Under the pieces are notes generated by a model. That model had not been told where the DNA came from, searched no databases, and saw only the letters and a list, made by a program, of their open reading frames with translations. DNA of 64,000 bases from an uncultured Bacteroidales bacterium (GTDB taxonomy: Bacteria; Bacteroidota; Bacteroidia; Bacteroidales; VadinHA17). Within the stretch, counting starts at the first letter, position 1. Each line of letters opens with the position of its first letter. A program made the translations under genes and the position numbers. Positions 29,809 through 39,814 of this stretch are shown piece after piece. Location: NCBI GenBank assembly GCA_963840965.1, contig CAWJAW010000002.1, forward strand, positions 205,645-269,644. Direction: 5' to 3'.

Positions 29809-31110
29809 ATGAGAAAGTGGATTTGCCTTATTGTTGTTGTCGCGCTGACCGGCTGCAAGGAAAAGGTTGTCAGTCATTATTTCACACCGGAAAAAGCCAT
29901 AGCCTGCTTCAGCGAAATCGAGGAAGCCTGCAACAGGGATAACGGAACCCTCTGGGGCAAAAATCTCTACGGACCCCTTATGTTCGTTGACCGCACCAGT
30001 AGAAAAATAACTGCAAACCAACCCGATAGCGAAGGACTTCTGAAACTTAAGGACGGTGTCTACACAGGCTTTTACCCTTCTGAAAGCATAATAAACATTA
30101 CATCGATAAACTTCGGAGGGACTGCCTTCGGCCTGGCACCTCTTACGACAGAGGAAGACAGTTACAGGACTAAGGTCAGGGGTATACACGCTCTCTTTCA
30201 CAGCTTTCAGAAAGAAAAAGGTATTAAACCCGAGAGTTTCAACATCGTCATTATGGATGAGAAGGAAGCCCGCCTCTGGATAAAACTCGAATGGAAAGCG
30301 CTGAAAAAGGCCATCACCTCTGAGGGAGAGGAACAGATTCTTGCAATCAGGGATGCATTAATATTCAGAGGATCAAACCGGGAATCCTATCCGCGGTATG
30401 CTCTCCTTGAAAACCGCTTTGAAGCATACGAAGGGCTTGCCACCTTCACATATTACCTTTTGGGTACAGACACACCCGATGAATTCAGGACAAGCCTGCT
30501 GGAATATCTCGACAGAATATATTCCTTTCAGTCATATGCCCGTTCATACGGCGTAATCCACGGAGCTCTATACGCAACACTCCTTCATGACAGGGGATTT
30601 GATTTCAAATCAATATCACCCGACACTGCCGACCTCGGCCGACTCGTCAAAATGAATTACCAGATAGAACTGCCTGAAAAATGCCGTGACGTTGCCGGAA
30701 GCATAGCCCTTCATTACAATATAAATGAAATTTACAGGGAAGAGGACCAGAGGCTTGTCGAAATGAGGGAAAGGCTAAACAACAGGGTAAGTGTATTCAC
30801 TGAAAAGCCTGTTGTACTACTCGAACTCGAAAGTCCTTCATTTGATTTCGAACCGGAAGACGTCAGCTATCTCGACACCCTGGGTACCTTGTACCACGGA
30901 TTGCGGGTTTCGGACAACTGGGGTAAGCTGACAGTCGATGAGGGAGACTGCCTGGTATCAAACAACTATAAATATATCAGGATTAGCGCAAAAGGACTGA
31001 AGGAGGACCGTAACCACATAACAGGTGAGGGATGGCATATCATACTCAGCGACGGCTGGGAAGTGGCAAAATCAGAACAAAGCTATTTCATCAGAAAAAG
31101 GGTGCCATAG
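29809..31110 (+). CDS. Hypothetical lipoprotein with a degenerate zincin-like motif
   Basis: Lipobox VALTG-C; HALFH plus downstream YEGLATF. Confidence 0.75.
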   Translation: MRKWICLIVVVALTGCKEKVVSHYFTPEKAIACFSEIEEACNRDNGTLWGKNLYGPLMFVDRTSRKITANQPDSEGLLKLKDGVYTGFYPSESIINITSINFGGTAFGLAPLTTEEDSYRTKVRGIHALFHSFQKEKGIKPESFNIVIMDEKEARLWIKLEWKALKKAITSEGEEQILAIRDALIFRGSNRESYPRYALLENRFEAYEGLATFTYYLLGTDTPDEFRTSLLEYLDRIYSFQSYARSYGVIHGALYATLLHDRGFDFKSISPDTADLGRLVKMNYQIELPEKCRDVAGSIALHYNINEIYREEDQRLVEMRERLNNRVSVFTEKPVVLLELESPSFDFEPEDVSYLDTLGTLYHGLRVSDNWGKLTVDEGDCLVSNNYKYIRISAKGLKEDRNHITGEGWHIILSDGWEVAKSEQSYFIRKRVP

Positions 31111-31150
31111 AAATTGGGCTTCTTTCGCAAAAAACAGGAGCCTTGGTTAT

Positions 31151-33787
31151 TTACCTTCCCGACTCCAGCTCACGGAGAGAATCGCCGAGCGATTTTATCC
31201 TCGACTCCGCATCAGCCTTCTTCTTTCTTTCGTTTTCGATAACGGCCGGAGGGGCATTCTGAACAAACCTTTCATTTCCAAGCTTATTCATCACAGTTTC
31301 AAGAAACCCTTTCTGGTAATCAAGCTCCGTAAGAATCCTTGCCTTTTCCGCCTCAACATCAATCATTTTCCCCATTGGTATATAATACTCTGTGGTATTG
31401 ATCATGAATGAAGCCGAATTAGCTGGCTTTTCCGATACAAAACCAACTTCCGAGAGGTTGCACAGCTTGATAATTACAGGCAGGAACAAAGAATCGAAGG
31501 AATCGCTTTCGGTTCTTATCAAAAGACCAACCTGCTCCCTGTTGGGTATCTGTTTCTCATTCCTTAAAGCTCGTATTGCAGTGACAGTCTCCATGACAGT
31601 CTCAAAACGGGTTGTAAGTTCCCTGTCGTATTTTTTTGCCCTGGGCATCGCTGCTTTCATAATACTCTCACCGTCATTGCGCTCCGACAGCATCTGCCAT
31701 ATCTCTTCGGTGATGAAAGGCATGAACGGGTGGATGATCCTCAGCAGGCTGTCAAAAACAGCAACGGTGGCTTCATAGGTGATCCGGTCAACCGGCTTCC
31801 TGTATTCCGGCTTGATTATCTCCAGATACCAGCTTGAAAACTCATCCCAGAACAGCTTGTAGGTGTTCATCAGGGCTTCCGAGATCCTGAACCGCCTGAA
31901 GTTGGAATCAATCTCGGCAACTGACTTTTTAAGCTCCTCATTAATCCATTTTACTGCCACTGCCGATGATTCCGGCTGGCTTATCGAGTCATCCACTTTC
32001 CAGCTTTTTACAAGCCTGAAAGCATTCCAGATCTTATTTGCGAAGTTCCTTCCCTGCTCGGGCAGAGAATCGTCGTACAGCAGATCATTGCCCGCCGGTG
32101 AACAGAGCATCATACCCACCCTTACCCCGTCGGCGCCATACTTTGCTATGAGATCCAGAGGCTCAGGCGAATTGCCCAGCGACTTCGACATCTTTCTCCG
32201 CTGCTGATCGCGGACCAGTCCGGTCAGATATACATTGCTGAACGGCTTAAGACCCTGATACTCATACCCTGCAATGATCATGCGGGCTACCCAGAAAAAT
32301 AATATCTCAGGAGCTGTTATCAGGTCATTTGTAGGATAATAGTATTTCAGGTCGGGATTGTCCGGATTGTTGATTCCGTCAAAGCAGGTTATGGGCCACA
32401 GCCATGAGGAGAACCAGGTGTCCAGAACATCCTCGTCCTGACGAAGACCGCTCTTCTCAAGAGAAGGGTTCCCGCTTTTTTCCCTTGCCAGAATCAGTGC
32501 CTTTTCAATATTTTCAGCGACAACATACTCATTTGCCGAATAATACCACGCCGGGATCCGGTGTCCCCACCAGAGCTGACGACTTATGCACCAGTCGTGA
32601 ACATTCTCCATCCAGTGACGGTAAAGATTCCTGAACTTCGCAGGATGCAGGTGTACTTCCCCGTTCATCACTGCATCAAGTGCAGGCTTTGAAATATCCT
32701 TCATTTTCATGAACCACTGAACAGAAAGACGCGGCTCAATAACTGCATTGGTTCTTTCAGATCGGCCTATCTTATTATTATAGTGAACAACCTTTACAAG
32801 ATTGCCTGTCCGCTTCAGTTCTTTTTCTGCAAGTTCCCTTGCATCAAACCTGTCGGTTCCGGCAAACATGCCGGCAATGTTACTTATGGTACCATCGGGA
32901 TTGAATACATCTATCGAGGGCAGATTATGCCGCATCCCTATCTCATAGTCGTTTATGTCGTGGGCCGGGGTGATCTTCAGGCAGCCCGTTCCAAAATCCA
33001 CATCGACATAATCATCAAAAATAAAAGGAACCTCCCTGTTGACCATCGGGACAATAACCTTTTTTCCGCGCAGCCACTGATACCTTTCGTCGGCCGGATT
33101 CGCACAGACGGCGGTGTCACCCAGAATCGTCTCGGGACGGGTGGTGGCAACCATTATATAATCATCCTCCCCGACTATCCTGTACCTTACATAATAAAGC
33201 TTCGACTTTTCATCGGTGTAGTTGACTTCCTCGTCTGAGACGGCCGTCATAGCCTGGGGATCCCAGTTGACCATCCTGACTCCCCTGTAAATAAGACCTT
33301 TATTATAAAGATCCACAAACACTTTTATAACCGACTCAGACCTCTTGTCATCCATGGTGAAAAGAGTCCTGTCCCAGTCGCACGACGCTCCCAGTTTCTT
33401 AAGCTGCTCGAGAATTATCCCTCCATGCTTATGCGTCCACTCCCACGCCACATCAAGGAAGGCTTCCCTGGTAAGATCCTTTTTATCAATCCCTTCCGAC
33501 TTCAGCTTTGCCACCACCTTTGCTTCGGTGGCTATTGAAGCATGATCGGTACCGGGAACCCAGCAGGCATTCTTCCCCTGCATCCTTGCTCTCCGTACAA
33601 GTACATCCTGAATGGTGTTGTTCAGCATGTGCCCCATATGAAGCACCCCTGTCACATTCGGAGGGGGAATCACAATTGTATAAGGCTCTCTTTCGTCAGG
33701 TGTGCTTCTGAAAAATCCATGCCTCATCCAGTAATCATACCATTTGCTTTCTGCTTTCCCCGGTTCGTACTTGGATTGAATTTCCAT
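31151..33787 (-). CDS. valS: Valine--tRNA ligase
   Basis: [13 protein letters not shown] (HIGH), [24 protein letters not shown]-terminal coiled coil. Confidence 0.98.
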   Translation of the reverse strand: MEIQSKYEPGKAESKWYDYWMRHGFFRSTPDEREPYTIVIPPPNVTGVLHMGHMLNNTIQDVLVRRARMQGKNACWVPGTDHASIATEAKVVAKLKSEGIDKKDLTREAFLDVAWEWTHKHGGIILEQLKKLGASCDWDRTLFTMDDKRSESVIKVFVDLYNKGLIYRGVRMVNWDPQAMTAVSDEEVNYTDEKSKLYYVRYRIVGEDDYIMVATTRPETILGDTAVCANPADERYQWLRGKKVIVPMVNREVPFIFDDYVDVDFGTGCLKITPAHDINDYEIGMRHNLPSIDVFNPDGTISNIAGMFAGTDRFDARELAEKELKRTGNLVKVVHYNNKIGRSERTNAVIEPRLSVQWFMKMKDISKPALDAVMNGEVHLHPAKFRNLYRHWMENVHDWCISRQLWWGHRIPAWYYSANEYVVAENIEKALILAREKSGNPSLEKSGLRQDEDVLDTWFSSWLWPITCFDGINNPDNPDLKYYYPTNDLITAPEILFFWVARMIIAGYEYQGLKPFSNVYLTGLVRDQQRRKMSKSLGNSPEPLDLIAKYGADGVRVGMMLCSPAGNDLLYDDSLPEQGRNFANKIWNAFRLVKSWKVDDSISQPESSAVAVKWINEELKKSVAEIDSNFRRFRISEALMNTYKLFWDEFSSWYLEIIKPEYRKPVDRITYEATVAVFDSLLRIIHPFMPFITEEIWQMLSERNDGESIMKAAMPRAKKYDRELTTRFETVMETVTAIRALRNEKQIPNREQVGLLIRTESDSFDSLFLPVIIKLCNLSEVGFVSEKPANSASFMINTTEYYIPMGKMIDVEAEKARILTELDYQKGFLETVMNKLGNERFVQNAPPAVIENERKKKADAESRIKSLGDSLRELESGR

Positions 33788-33823
33788 TTTCTGATCTTAA
33801 ATGATTGCTTTTGAATGAAACAG

Positions 33824-33831
33824 CAAAAATA
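33824..33831 (-). promoter_or_regulatory. -7 promoter element for valS
   Basis: TATTTTTG on minus strand, 36 bp upstream of the ATG. Confidence 0.65.
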
Positions 33832-33936
33832 TAAAAATTCATCAGATCAGCCCCTTCACAGGGAAAAGTTGGCTTTAAAAACAATTGGATCATCAAAGTG
33901 CGGGGCGTTATTGAATCCAAAAGTACTTCCAGGCAC

Positions 33937-33957
33937 GTTATAACATTGTTATAACAT
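33937..33957. promoter_or_regulatory. Palindromic / 11-bp direct-repeat operator candidate
   Basis: GTTATAACATTGTTATAAC is a 9-bp inverted repeat and also GTTATAACAT x2; it lies just upstream of the aminotransferase promoter. Confidence 0.55.
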
Positions 33958-33966
33958 AAAATTCAC

Positions 33967-33995
33967 TTTGAATATCAGGATTTTTAATAATTTTG
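33967..33995 (+). promoter_or_regulatory. -33/-7 promoter for the aminotransferase-LytTR genes
   Basis: TTTG 33967-33970, 17-bp spacer, TAATTTTG 33988-33995. Confidence 0.6.
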
Positions 33996-34031
33996 TCATG
34001 CATTGAAACTGAAATGTAATTAATTCAATAT

Positions 34032-35228
34032 ATGCCATCCATCTCCGCGAGAGGAAGGGCAATGCCCGCCTCACCAATAAGGAAGCTAATACCGTTTGCA
34101 GAGGAAGCAGCAAGAAATGGAGTTAAAGTATACCGGCTTAACATTGGCCAGCCCGATATACCAACTCCTCAGGTTGCCATGGAAGCCTTGCGGAACCTCG
34201 ACCTGAAAGTAATCGAATACAGTCATTCAGCCGGAAATGAATCGTACAGAAGGAAACTGGCGGGTTTCTACAGGAGTCTGGGGATCGAAGTTGAATATAC
34301 CAACATCCTGATAACAACCGGAGGATCGGAAGCAGTGTCCTTTGCACTGCTCACATGCCTCGACCCCGGGGATGAGATCATTACGTCCGAACCATTTTAT
34401 GCAAACTATAACGGTTTTGCAGTATCAACAGGCGTCAGGATAGTACCGGTTACATCAACCATTTCGAACGACTTTGCGCTGCCTCCCGTGGAAGAGATCG
34501 AGCTTAAGATCACTCCCAGGACCAAAGGCATACTTGTCTGCAACCCGAACAATCCGACAGGCTATCTTTATTCAAAGGAAGAACTATTCAGACTGAGGGA
34601 TATAGTAAAGAAACACAACCTCTATCTGTTCTGCGATGAAGCTTACAGGGAGTTCTGCTACGACGGGGAGGAGCATTTCTCAGCAATGAAGCTCGACGGA
34701 ATTGAAGAAAACGTGGTGCTTATCGATTCCGTTTCCAAGCGTTACAGCGAATGCGGGATCCGTATCGGGGCGCTTGTCACAAGGAACAGGGAAATTATTG
34801 AATCGGCGCTCAGGATTGCCCAGGCCAGGCTCTCGCCTCCAGGTCTCGGACAAATTGCCGGCGAAGCATCTATCGACACTCCGGCCGGTTACTTCAGGGA
34901 AGTCAACCAGGAGTATACACACAGAAGGAACTTCATGGTCGATGCACTGAACAGCATGCCGGGTGTATATTGTCCTAAACCAAAAGGAGCATTTTATTCC
35001 ATGGTAAGGCTTCCGGTTGACGATTCTGACAAATTTGCCCGCTGGATCCTCGAAAAGTTTGAATATAAAAAACAAACAGTACTGCTGGCCCCCGGATCGG
35101 GGTTTTACTCGACACCCGGATTAGGTAAAAATGAAGTCCGGATTGCATATGTACTGAACACCGATGATCTTAAAAACGCCATGGAAACACTGGCGGAGGC
35201 TTTGAAAGCCTATCCCGGGAGGGTATGA
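34032..35228 (+). CDS. PLP-dependent aminotransferase class I/II (aspartate aminotransferase-like)
   Basis: LNIGQPD, NPNNPTG, DEAY, SVSKRYSECGIRIG (PLP lysine), EVRIAY. Confidence 0.93.
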   Translation: MPSISARGRAMPASPIRKLIPFAEEAARNGVKVYRLNIGQPDIPTPQVAMEALRNLDLKVIEYSHSAGNESYRRKLAGFYRSLGIEVEYTNILITTGGSEAVSFALLTCLDPGDEIITSEPFYANYNGFAVSTGVRIVPVTSTISNDFALPPVEEIELKITPRTKGILVCNPNNPTGYLYSKEELFRLRDIVKKHNLYLFCDEAYREFCYDGEEHFSAMKLDGIEENVVLIDSVSKRYSECGIRIGALVTRNREIIESALRIAQARLSPPGLGQIAGEASIDTPAGYFREVNQEYTHRRNFMVDALNSMPGVYCPKPKGAFYSMVRLPVDDSDKFARWILEKFEYKKQTVLLAPGSGFYSTPGLGKNEVRIAYVLNTDDLKNAMETLAEALKAYPGRV

Positions 35229-35241
35229 CGGAGGATGTAAA

Positions 35242-35973
35242 ATGAAACTGAATACCATTAACTGCATAGCAATCGATAACGATCCCGCAACACTCAGGCT
35301 TATTAAGGAGTACTGCTCAAGGATCCAGTTCCTTAATCTTACAGGGGTTTTCTCAAATCCTTTTGAGGCAGTTCATGCCATCAACAACAGCCAGCCCGAT
35401 CTGATGTTCATTGATGTTGTTATGCCTCAGATAACCGGCCCTGAATTTATTAAAACCCTCTACAATCCTCCGCTGGTGATCTTTGCATCAGCACACAGGG
35501 AATATGCCATTGAAGGATTTGAGTGTGATGCTGTCGATTACCTGCTTAAACCGATCTCGTTCGAAAGGTTCTCAAGGGCCGTCAACAAGGCCTTCCAGCT
35601 TATGAGAATAAAAATTCCGGCTGAACCTCCGTCAGGTGAAGCGCTAACGGCATCGGGCAGATTCCTTCTTGTAAAAGTGGAATATACAACAATACGCGTC
35701 GATCTGGGTGAAATCCTGTTTATCGAAGGACTGAAGGATTATGTGAAGATCCACGCCGAAGGAAGGCTGATCCTCACCAAGACCACCATGAAGAATATCA
35801 TAGATAAACTGCCATCCGAATCATTCTTCAGGGTTCATAAATCGTATATTATATCGCTTGACAAGATCGATATGATAGAGAACAGCCGGATAGTGATAGG
35901 CAGCCAGCGAATCCCTATCGGGGAGTCGTACCGGCCAGGATTCTTCGAATTGCTGAACAGGAATATGATCTAA
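35242..35973 (+). CDS. LytTR/AlgR-family response regulator
   Basis: Receiver (IAIDND, FIDVVMP, DYLLKP) plus LytTR domain (ILFIEGLKDYVKI, FFRVHKSYII, IPIGESYR). Confidence 0.93.
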   Translation: MKLNTINCIAIDNDPATLRLIKEYCSRIQFLNLTGVFSNPFEAVHAINNSQPDLMFIDVVMPQITGPEFIKTLYNPPLVIFASAHREYAIEGFECDAVDYLLKPISFERFSRAVNKAFQLMRIKIPAEPPSGEALTASGRFLLVKVEYTTIRVDLGEILFIEGLKDYVKIHAEGRLILTKTTMKNIIDKLPSESFFRVHKSYIISLDKIDMIENSRIVIGSQRIPIGESYRPGFFELLNRNMI

Positions 35974-37196
35974 TAGTATTTCCGCTTCATGAACCACTGG
36001 TCGCGGAGGGAGAGATCGAGGCTGAGAGTAACGAAGTTCTCCCTGAAAAGATCCCGTTTTGTTGTTCCGTTCTGACCAAACTCAAGTGAAGTGTTTAGCA
36101 CGCTCACCACTCCCTTAAGAGGAATTCCCACACCCATTGTTACTGCCCGGTAATCGATCGGAATTCCCTTGATTACCATATAGGACTCGCGAAATTCCCC
36201 TCCAAATCTGAACATCACCATCCGTCCGCTCCCCTTCCTTAATCCCTGCGACGGGAACTCAACCCCCGCGGAAAACCGGTTTGAATTTCTCGTGTGAAGA
36301 TAGTTGCTTGCAAAATCCACTTCCTCCCAGTTGCTCCATTCATAATCGACACCTGCCTTGAAGAAGTACTTGCGCACCGAAAGTCCTCCCCCGATGGTCC
36401 TGGGAATACTGTACCTGTACTTCCTGGTCTTCAGGACTTCCAGTTCATACTGCGTCTCAATGGTGGTAACATTTTTGGTCTTCAACTTCTTACCATCGCT
36501 GTAGGTAAGGCCTATGTTGTACTTCCAGTTTTTTATATCGACCTGGTAGTTAAGGCCGTAATTGAATGTCAAATTCGACATGTAAGTAACATCCTCGAGA
36601 GCAAACTCGTATGTATCTGCAGCTTCAATATGGGTAATATCTCCAAAAAGATAGGAGGCATTCATTCCGAGCGACAGGTTCTTTATAAAACTGACCGCTC
36701 CGCCAACATAAACCCTGTTAACTCCGCCTTTCCCGATATAGGTTTTGGGATACTCAATAGGTGTGCCTTCCAGGAACGCTGTGGAATTAATGTTGTATCC
36801 TACCGAGCTGTATGGTGTAAAACCAAAGCTGGTGGAAAGCCAGGGTGCTATCCTGAAACCCATGGCCATATACCTGAAATTGGCATTAAGGAGCGACTGA
36901 TTATCGTGTATGGTATTGAACATGGTATATTTTGAAAAGACTCCAACCTCAAAAATGGTGATGAGACTGTCAAGTCCATTGTACGAAGCCGGGTTTCCGT
37001 AATTGATGGCACGCTGCGATAGAAAAGCAATATTGGTTCCGCCCATAGCCCTTGAAAGACCTGAAGCATTGCCTTCGAGGATCCCCATACCGAAAATGGA
37101 ATAAGGTGACGTGGTGATCTGGGAGGAAGCTGTACGAGGCACCAGATTCATCAGCATCACAGCAAACAAGCATATAGTAACCCGTCTCCGCATCAT
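35970..37196 (-). CDS. Outer membrane beta-barrel, OmpP1/FadL-like Bacteroidota family
   Basis: Signal peptide; SPYSIFGMG, AMGG, NPAS hatch motif, PYSSVGY, amphipathic strands, terminal WFMKRKYY. Confidence 0.8.
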   Translation of the reverse strand: MMRRRVTICLFAVMLMNLVPRTASSQITTSPYSIFGMGILEGNASGLSRAMGGTNIAFLSQRAINYGNPASYNGLDSLITIFEVGVFSKYTMFNTIHDNQSLLNANFRYMAMGFRIAPWLSTSFGFTPYSSVGYNINSTAFLEGTPIEYPKTYIGKGGVNRVYVGGAVSFIKNLSLGMNASYLFGDITHIEAADTYEFALEDVTYMSNLTFNYGLNYQVDIKNWKYNIGLTYSDGKKLKTKNVTTIETQYELEVLKTRKYRYSIPRTIGGGLSVRKYFFKAGVDYEWSNWEEVDFASNYLHTRNSNRFSAGVEFPSQGLRKGSGRMVMFRFGGEFRESYMVIKGIPIDYRAVTMGVGIPLKGVVSVLNTSLEFGQNGTTKRDLFRENFVTLSLDLSLRDQWFMKRKYY

Positions 37197-37199
37197 CCT

Positions 37200-38519
37200 T
37201 TAATAAGATAAGTAATAAAGCTTCAGTTTAACCGGCGGCTTTTTGCCCTCAGCGATAAGCCTTTCAAACCTTGCTCCCTGTTCTGTAGATGCCAGACCAA
37301 GAATCAGGCTCTGGTCGGGGTCAAAATATGAGTCGGCGAGCTCATTGAGAATATAATCAGTGACTTCGAATGTATATCTGTTGTCCTCATGAAGATAGTT
37401 ATCGAACTGAAAGGCACCCATAAGCTGCAGTCCTTTTCCGTCCCTCAGCATACTCAGGTTATTTCTCCTGTCTCCTGCATAAAGATATAGACTGTCAGGA
37501 AGTTCGAACTGCTCATAGCTGTACTTTACAGGTTCAACGATAAGCTCAGCCTTAATAATCTTCCATCCATCGTCGGCAAGCAGATTCTGAACAGTGGGAA
37601 ACAGGCACTTTATGTAAAGTCCTGTCATGCCCTGCATGAATGCCCTGTTGCCGGTCAGAGTTGCCGGTACCTCGTTCTTCTGCTCCCTTATGTTCCGCAG
37701 GGGAGTGTCCGACAGGTCAAAATCGATCTTATTGAACTGTCTCCCTATATCGCCCATCTTGATGATAATCTCTTTCTTTTCAGGCTCCTCCCTATTCACA
37801 TGGTAATACAACTTCAGAATAAGCTGGTCGGTGTTTGCCTTAAAACCCAGGATGGCTTTGTTCACAACTGACCCGGAGCTTAGAACGAATCCCTTTATGT
37901 AATCATTGAACAACTCCTCATTTGATAATTTCTCATCTTTGTTCCGGATGAGGGTGAAAAGCTCTTCCCCAAATGAGTTTACATTGAGGTTTACTGCCGT
38001 GTCGGAAGAATGAGGCTCGGGGTAAAACTCAACGGTTGCCATGGGCTCCGGCTCATAATCGAATGATGAAGTGTTGAAAAGAGCAGTGTTGCTGATCCGA
38101 ACGATACGTTCAGTGAGCCTGTGAACGCTTACTGACATAGGGTACAGTGTGTCTCCGATATTCTTATCGGTGTACTGGAGTATGAAGGCAGCCGAATCGT
38201 AAACAGCCTTTTCATCAACATCCCCGAAGTTCTCATAGTCGAGGTCAAAAAACGACCTGCTGGTTATCAGACCTAATATTGTATCTTCATAATTGCCGAC
38301 ATAGGCAATCATCTTTGATGATGTTATGATTGAATCAATAAGGATGGTGGACAGGTTCACCCTGAATGTATCAACTACCTCCAGTCGGGTCTGGGGCGCC
38401 ATGAAATCCTGGCCAATAGTAAACTCATTGGTCTTGGTACAGGAACCAACCAGTAAAAATCCAAATATGAATAACAATAAGATCTGTCTTCCTTTCTTTC
38501 CCTCTCCAATGCCCTTCAT
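37200..38519 (-). CDS. DUF4270-like lipoprotein
   Basis: Lipobox LLVGS-C after ATG 38519; VGNYED...G...S.SFF, terminal LKLYYLSY. The ORF-track extension to 38663 runs through the promoter region. Confidence 0.75.
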   Translation of the reverse strand: MKGIGEGKKGRQILLLFIFGFLLVGSCTKTNEFTIGQDFMAPQTRLEVVDTFRVNLSTILIDSIITSSKMIAYVGNYEDTILGLITSRSFFDLDYENFGDVDEKAVYDSAAFILQYTDKNIGDTLYPMSVSVHRLTERIVRISNTALFNTSSFDYEPEPMATVEFYPEPHSSDTAVNLNVNSFGEELFTLIRNKDEKLSNEELFNDYIKGFVLSSGSVVNKAILGFKANTDQLILKLYYHVNREEPEKKEIIIKMGDIGRQFNKIDFDLSDTPLRNIREQKNEVPATLTGNRAFMQGMTGLYIKCLFPTVQNLLADDGWKIIKAELIVEPVKYSYEQFELPDSLYLYAGDRRNNLSMLRDGKGLQLMGAFQFDNYLHEDNRYTFEVTDYILNELADSYFDPDQSLILGLASTEQGARFERLIAEGKKPPVKLKLYYLSY

Positions 38520-38575
38520 CAATCTTATAAGGTTTATGCAAATGAATACTAAAACACGATGTAAACAAAGCAAAT

Positions 38576-38735
38576 ATATACAAAAACCATAAATGAGTAG
38601 ACATAACGGCATTTTCCAAAGATATTTCAATACGTCAATTGCAGATGCGAGGGAATAACTCATATGCTACTTCCACATTTAAGTTTTGTCGATTATTATT
38701 CTTATCTTGTCTACGATTTTAAGGCATATATCTAC
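38576..38735. promoter_or_regulatory. Candidate LytTR-type direct-repeat operators, 21-bp period, mirrored
   Basis: Plus: TTGTCGAT 38686, TTGTCTAC 38707, ATATCTAC 38728. Minus: ATATCTTT 38625-38618, ATGTCTAC 38604-38597, TTGTATAT 38583-38576. Confidence 0.55.
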
Positions 38736-38763
38736 AAAGCTTTTAATTAAAGGATGCTTCAGA

Positions 38764-38771
38764 TAGTTTTG
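38764..38771 (+). promoter_or_regulatory. -7 promoter element for Kelch-DUF4907
   Basis: TAGTTTTG, 28 bp downstream of the last 21-bp-phased repeat. Confidence 0.65.
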
Positions 38772-38803
38772 TGTGAATTATTAAAAATTAAATCAGGGGA
38801 AAC

Positions 38804-39814
38804 ATGACATACAAAGAGGTTAAGATCTGGATTAAAGTACTGGTGTTGATTCTTGCTGTACCCTTCTTTAGTTCATGCGGTGAGGAGGAGGCGGAACTTG
38901 TTGGCAACTGGGTGGAGTTATCTGACTTTGACGGGCTGCCACGGGCAGATGCTGCAGGTTTTGTGATAGGCAGCAAAGCCTATATCGGAACCGGATACGA
39001 CGGAGATGAATTTCATACTGACTTCTGGGAATATGATCCTGCAAGGAATTCATGGACACAGAAAGCCGACTTCCCCGGGACCGCCAGGAGCCAGGCAGTA
39101 GCTTTCAATTCCGATACCAAAGGCTTTATCGGCACCGGATGGGATGGCAAATACAGGCTGAAGGACTTTTATCAATATGATCCCGCATCAAACACATGGG
39201 CTCCCATTGCTGAATTCGGCGGACCAGCCAGACGGTCTGCAGTTGCAATGTCAATCAACAATAAGGGTTATGTAGGTGCAGGCGATAGTGTGGCCTATTT
39301 CAAGGATTTCTGGGAATATGACCCGTCATCTGACATCTGGACAAAAGTCTCGAGTATCGGAGGAAGCAAGAGGAACAGTGCCGTCACCTTTGTTATAAGC
39401 GGGAAAGGCTATGTTGCCGGTGGCTTTGACAACGGTGAATACCTCTCCGATTTGTGGAGATATGACCCGACGACCGATGAGTGGGCAAAAATGAGGCCTA
39501 TCGCCAATATATCGAACGAAACATACGACGACGATTATACAACAATAAAGGGAACCGGCAAAGTTGGTTTCACTATTAATGGCAAGGGGTACCTGGCAAC
39601 TGGCGGACAAACGACGGGAATTGAAGTATGGGAATATGACCCGGCAACCGATCTGTGGTCGGAGAAATCAAACTTCGAAGGCACAACAAGATCAGATGCA
39701 GTTGGCTTTGCCATTGGTAATCGCGGGTACGTGACGATGGGTAAAAGTTCGGCCTATTACTTCGACGATATCTGGGCATTCGACCCTGATGCCGAGATGA
39801 ACGAAGATGACTGA
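38804..39814 (+). CDS. Kelch-repeat beta-propeller lipoprotein
   Basis: Lipobox FFSS-C; about six repeats R..A..F.I..KGY.G.G....DFWEYDP....W. Confidence 0.9.
   Translation: MTYKEVKIWIKVLVLILAVPFFSSCGEEEAELVGNWVELSDFDGLPRADAAGFVIGSKAYIGTGYDGDEFHTDFWEYDPARNSWTQKADFPGTARSQAVAFNSDTKGFIGTGWDGKYRLKDFYQYDPASNTWAPIAEFGGPARRSAVAMSINNKGYVGAGDSVAYFKDFWEYDPSSDIWTKVSSIGGSKRNSAVTFVISGKGYVAGGFDNGEYLSDLWRYDPTTDEWAKMRPIANISNETYDDDYTTIKGTGKVGFTINGKGYLATGGQTTGIEVWEYDPATDLWSEKSNFEGTTRSDAVGFAIGNRGYVTMGKSSAYYFDDIWAFDPDAEMNEDD

Noticed and set aside
38520-38663. 48-aa N-terminal extension of the DUF4270-like ORF
   Set aside because: It runs across promoter and operator elements; ATG 38519 gives a normal lipoprotein signal.
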